Shown here piece by piece: positions 60,403-64,000 of a stretch of 64,000 nt of DNA (its first letter is position 1; every line of letters starts with the position of its first letter). Under the pieces are notes generated by a model that ran no database searches, was not told the origin of the DNA, and saw only the letters and a program-made list of their open reading frames with translations. Source of the stretch: Promethearchaeota archaeon (GTDB lineage: Archaea > Asgardarchaeota > Lokiarchaeia > Sigyniarchaeales > SOKP01); contig JBHLNS010000013.1 of the NCBI GenBank assembly GCA_048941285.1, positions 8,130-72,129 on the forward strand. Direction: 5' to 3'. Both the position numbers and the translations under genes were made by a program.

Positions 60403-61338
60403 TTATAAATCTATATGCTGTTCTTCCATTGCTAATTTTTGCTTTAGTCTCAAATCTTTTCTTCTAAGTGATACCATAATTTGAAAATCGAGATCTTTTT
60501 TGTATAGATCAGCATATCTTAAAAGTTTTTTAACAATTTCATCTTCAACATCCTTCTTTTCGATATCAAATCCATTAAAAGTCGATATTTCTGAGAATTT
60601 TTCTATATCATCCAGGAGTTCTTCGGGTAAAACATCTGATCTATCTTTAACAGCAACGTTCATTATTTCATCTAATCTCTTATATATTTCCTTCTTACTA
60701 AATTGACAAAGAATACATTTTGAGACGCGATTTTTGAATATATTTAGGATTATCAATCCTGTAATAAATTTGAAATTTCTAATTAATAAATTGATATTTT
60801 TTGTCTCAAAATCATCTACATTTTGTCTGATATACTTTCGAGCTTCAAGATATAGCTTACAGAAATTCATTGCTCTATCAAAATATGCAGGAACTATGCA
60901 AAATAATCGAGTAAACCAGAAAGGTTTTATATCCTCTGGAGGATCCTCATAAAAAATATAATATACTATTCTTCCATCTCTTTCTTTATATAAAGTAGAT
61001 TCCTTCTTTAGCATATTTAAATATGTTGAGATAGTAGATCGCGCAATTTCTTTAAAATACCTTTTATATTCATCCTCTACTTCTCCCGTAGTAATTTTAT
61101 TTTTTCCTTCTAGATAAAATTTTAAAAGTATCCCTAAGATACGATTTTCATGAAGGCGCCCTGTTTTTATTTGTTGTTCTTCTGATTCATCCTCTCTAAA
61201 TTGATATAAAAATGCAATTTCTGGGGCAAAATCTTGAATAACTTGATCAATTAATTTAAGTTTTGAATCTGTAATTTCTAAAGCTTCTAATTTCGCGCTT
61301 TCTATTAATAATTTTTCTATATCTGTTCTTTCAGACAA
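60403..61338 (-). CDS. Winged-helix DNA-binding domain protein
   Basis: TTGEV...IARSTISTYLNML..LYKERDGRIVYY. Confidence 0.7.
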   Translation of the reverse strand: MSERTDIEKLLIESAKLEALEITDSKLKLIDQVIQDFAPEIAFLYQFREDESEEQQIKTGRLHENRILGILLKFYLEGKNKITTGEVEDEYKRYFKEIARSTISTYLNMLKKESTLYKERDGRIVYYIFYEDPPEDIKPFWFTRLFCIVPAYFDRAMNFCKLYLEARKYIRQNVDDFETKNINLLIRNFKFITGLIILNIFKNRVSKCILCQFSKKEIYKRLDEIMNVAVKDRSDVLPEELLDDIEKFSEISTFNGFDIEKKDVEDEIVKKLLRYADLYKKDLDFQIMVSLRRKDLRLKQKLAMEEQHIDL

Positions 61339-61609
61339 ATTTGGAAAACACTCGATTTTGATTATACTATATTAAAAAAATATATATATCTTAATAAAAA
61401 TTTATATTCGATTAGACTAGAAAAATCTTGCTTATTTATCTTTCTATAAGAATCTTCTATGTTTTGAAATATATTGAATAGTTAGATTATTTCTAATTAA
61501 TGATACCTATTATGATAATTAATTAAATTATTTGTAGATAATAGTAAAAAATACTTACTAAAGAATCTCCGTGTATTTTAAATAAATTCTTGAAAATTTT
61601 ATAAGAAAA

Positions 61610-63421
61610 TTACTGACGTTTTTCATATTTTTCTTTCCATATTGGATCTGCTTCTTGTAGCACTCTTCGTTGAACTTTACCAATTAGATTTTTAGGGAGC
61701 TCCCCAATTATCGCTACTTTATGAGGAACTTTATAATGTGCCATATTATTTTTAGCCCAATCTTTTATGCCTTGAGGAGAACAATCACAGTCTTCCTTAA
61801 TTGCAACCCACGCTTTAACTATTTCTCCACATTCTTGATCAGGGAGGCCTGCTACCGCAACTTCTACAATATCTGGATGTTTCATTAATAATTCCTCGAT
61901 TTCTTTTGGAAAAACAGAATATCCCTTGCATTTTATGAGCTGTTTTTTTCTATCTCTGATTTCAATTGTACCGTCTTCGTTCATAAAGCCAATATCTCCG
62001 GTTAAAAGCCACTTTTTACCTTCATATTCGAAAATTGCTTGTGCCGTCTCTTCCGGTTCATTTAGATATTCTAGCATAATTTGAGGACCAGTAACACATA
62101 TTTCACCGGTATGCTCAATTCCAAAATTTGTATCATCCGGATCTCCTAAACAAATAGGACCTTTCGAAAAATCATCAATAGGCCAAATTCCCCATTCTGT
62201 TCCTGGAAAGGGCATGCCTATAGTTCCAACCGGGCTTTCACCAAAAAGATTTCCTGCACTTACTGCAGGACTAGCTTCTGATAATCCATACCCTTCTACA
62301 ATTCGGCCTCCAGTGTTTTTAACAAATGCATCTCTAACAGGTGCATGTAATGGGCCTGCACTAGAAATGCACAATATTAATTTTCCCATTACCCCTGGAA
62401 ATCTTCTATTAAGATTTTTAAGATCAGCTAATTTTTTAAATAAAATTTCCGTTCCAGCATAAATTAGTCCCTCCTTGCATGGTAGCCTTTCTATTTGCTC
62501 ACACAACTCTGCTTGTGAAGGTGGAGTAGGAAAGAGCATTATCCAACCACCAACAATCAAGGTGGTATTCATTACAACTGTATGAGCGAAGCTATGGAAT
62601 AGGGGTAATATTCCTATATTCCCGATTCCTGGTTTTTCCCCACCTAACCATAATTCGCATTGTTTAGCATTTGAAACTATATTAAAGTGAGTTAATACAG
62701 CAGCTTTTGGTAATCCTGTTGTACCCCCAGTCATAATATACGTTGCTGGATCTTCTTTTGCATTAATACTCACTTTTTGAACTTTTGGTACTGTTTTTAA
62801 GAGGTCTTTAAATCTTAAAGCACCTGGAAAATCAACTTTTCCAGAAGGTATTTTTTTAACAAATTTTCCTATTGCCTTTTTTACACCCTTTATTTCCGTT
62901 AGGTCGATAAGACTAGTATAAACGATATTCTCTAAATTTGAATCTTTAATTATTGGTTTTATTGATGATTCATATAAAGCATCCAATACAATAAGTAATC
63001 TCGGCTTAGTGATATCCAATTGATGAAGCACTTCTACGGGTTGAGAAGTGGGATTAATACCACTAGCAATTGCTCCTATTCGTGTACTTGCAAAATATGC
63101 AACAATGTATTGGGGGCAATTAGGTAAAAATATTCCAATAACATCTCCCTTTTTTATTCCCAAATTCGATAATGCGGTAGCGAAGGATTTCACATAATTA
63201 TGGAATTGTTTATAGGTAATCCATGTGTCTAAAAACCAAATAAATCTTTCATCCTTATATTTATCAACTTGCTCATCTAACAATTCATTTATCGTTTTCT
63301 CTTCAAATTTATAATTTAATGGAACTCCTTCAGGCCACCATTTCTTAAACCAGCGTTTTTGTACGTTTACATAACAAGGATCTTGCATTTTTAATGACAT
63401 ATATTCCTCACTAAATTTCAA
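61610..63421 (-). CDS. Long-chain fatty acid-CoA ligase
   Basis: MTGGTTGLPK, EGYGLSE, TGDIG, DRKK, IGK. Confidence 0.93.
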   Translation of the reverse strand: MKFSEEYMSLKMQDPCYVNVQKRWFKKWWPEGVPLNYKFEEKTINELLDEQVDKYKDERFIWFLDTWITYKQFHNYVKSFATALSNLGIKKGDVIGIFLPNCPQYIVAYFASTRIGAIASGINPTSQPVEVLHQLDITKPRLLIVLDALYESSIKPIIKDSNLENIVYTSLIDLTEIKGVKKAIGKFVKKIPSGKVDFPGALRFKDLLKTVPKVQKVSINAKEDPATYIMTGGTTGLPKAAVLTHFNIVSNAKQCELWLGGEKPGIGNIGILPLFHSFAHTVVMNTTLIVGGWIMLFPTPPSQAELCEQIERLPCKEGLIYAGTEILFKKLADLKNLNRRFPGVMGKLILCISSAGPLHAPVRDAFVKNTGGRIVEGYGLSEASPAVSAGNLFGESPVGTIGMPFPGTEWGIWPIDDFSKGPICLGDPDDTNFGIEHTGEICVTGPQIMLEYLNEPEETAQAIFEYEGKKWLLTGDIGFMNEDGTIEIRDRKKQLIKCKGYSVFPKEIEELLMKHPDIVEVAVAGLPDQECGEIVKAWVAIKEDCDCSPQGIKDWAKNNMAHYKVPHKVAIIGELPKNLIGKVQRRVLQEADPIWKEKYEKRQ

Positions 63422-63583
63422 TTATTTCTTAGCTTTATGTCACTTAGATTTTTTAAAATTTATAACTTTATAAGAAATTGAAATTCAAAAATCTTATTTT
63501 TTTAATAAATTCGTTAAAAATTATCTAAAAACTAATAAAAAAGTACAAAAAATAAAAAAAAATTTAAAAAAATTAATTTAATT

Positions 63584-64000
63584 TTAAAATCTACTGTCTT
63601 TTCTCCTTTTTATCAAAATTGTGGCAACACCTACTAATCCTACCCCAGCGATCAAAACAATTAATGCCCAGAATCCTTCATTCTGAAATACCATAAAAAC
63701 TGAGAAAGTAGGGTCATGCCATATACCAGAACCATCCTCAAACTTAGGATAACAAACAGCATAAACCATAACACTTAATTCAGTCTGAACTCGGATACTT
63801 GAAGCAAATGTACTCACCTCTTCTCCTCCTGCTATTACGAATGAATCATGTCTCTCATGTTCCATTAACCAAACAGCAAGTGGAATAATACTTGTACTTG
63901 CTGGAGCAGTTTCTCTCCCTGTATTATTCCCATATTCATAGTCTAAACCCGCAATATCAACAAATTCTAATTCATCTCGAGCACCAGCGCCAATATAATT
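63584..64000 (-). CDS. 3' part of a C-terminally anchored surface protein (starts beyond the window)
   Basis: Frame open to the window edge; YP.F...I.HDP, then TM helix and basic tail KRRK. Confidence 0.75.
   Translation of the reverse strand, partial: NYIGAGARDELEFVDIAGLDYEYGNNTGRETAPASTSIIPLAVWLMEHERHDSFVIAGGEEVSTFASSIRVQTELSVMVYAVCYPKFEDGSGIWHDPTFSVFMVFQNEGFWALIVLIAGVGLVGVATILIKRRKDSRF

Overview
AT-rich archaeal chromosomal window, almost certainly Asgard (Lokiarchaeia-like). Evidence: five Rab-like small GTPases, V4R and longin/uDENN-like proteins, TBP, Cdc48, PSTK, form III RuBisCO, tetraether synthase and a reductive dehalogenase-like gene. About 55 genes, mostly housekeeping and metabolic; no tRNA, rRNA, CRISPR array or mobile element was seen. 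The best novel signal is an unannotated 24-codon Ile-rich leader ORF (MNIVSKFLGFVKNMIMIISTIIII*) upstream of ileS. It comes with mutually exclusive pairings that can mask the ileS ribosome-binding site and GUG start, i.e. a candidate bacterial-style leader-peptide attenuator in an Asgard archaeon. Other highlights: an unexplained 120-nt GC-rich structured RNA candidate (25074-25193), a protein with ten 35-aa repeats, two GTPase-V4R-GTPase cassettes and an AN1-zinc-finger rhomboid pseudoprotease. Protein calls come from motif recognition by eye; no database searches were run.
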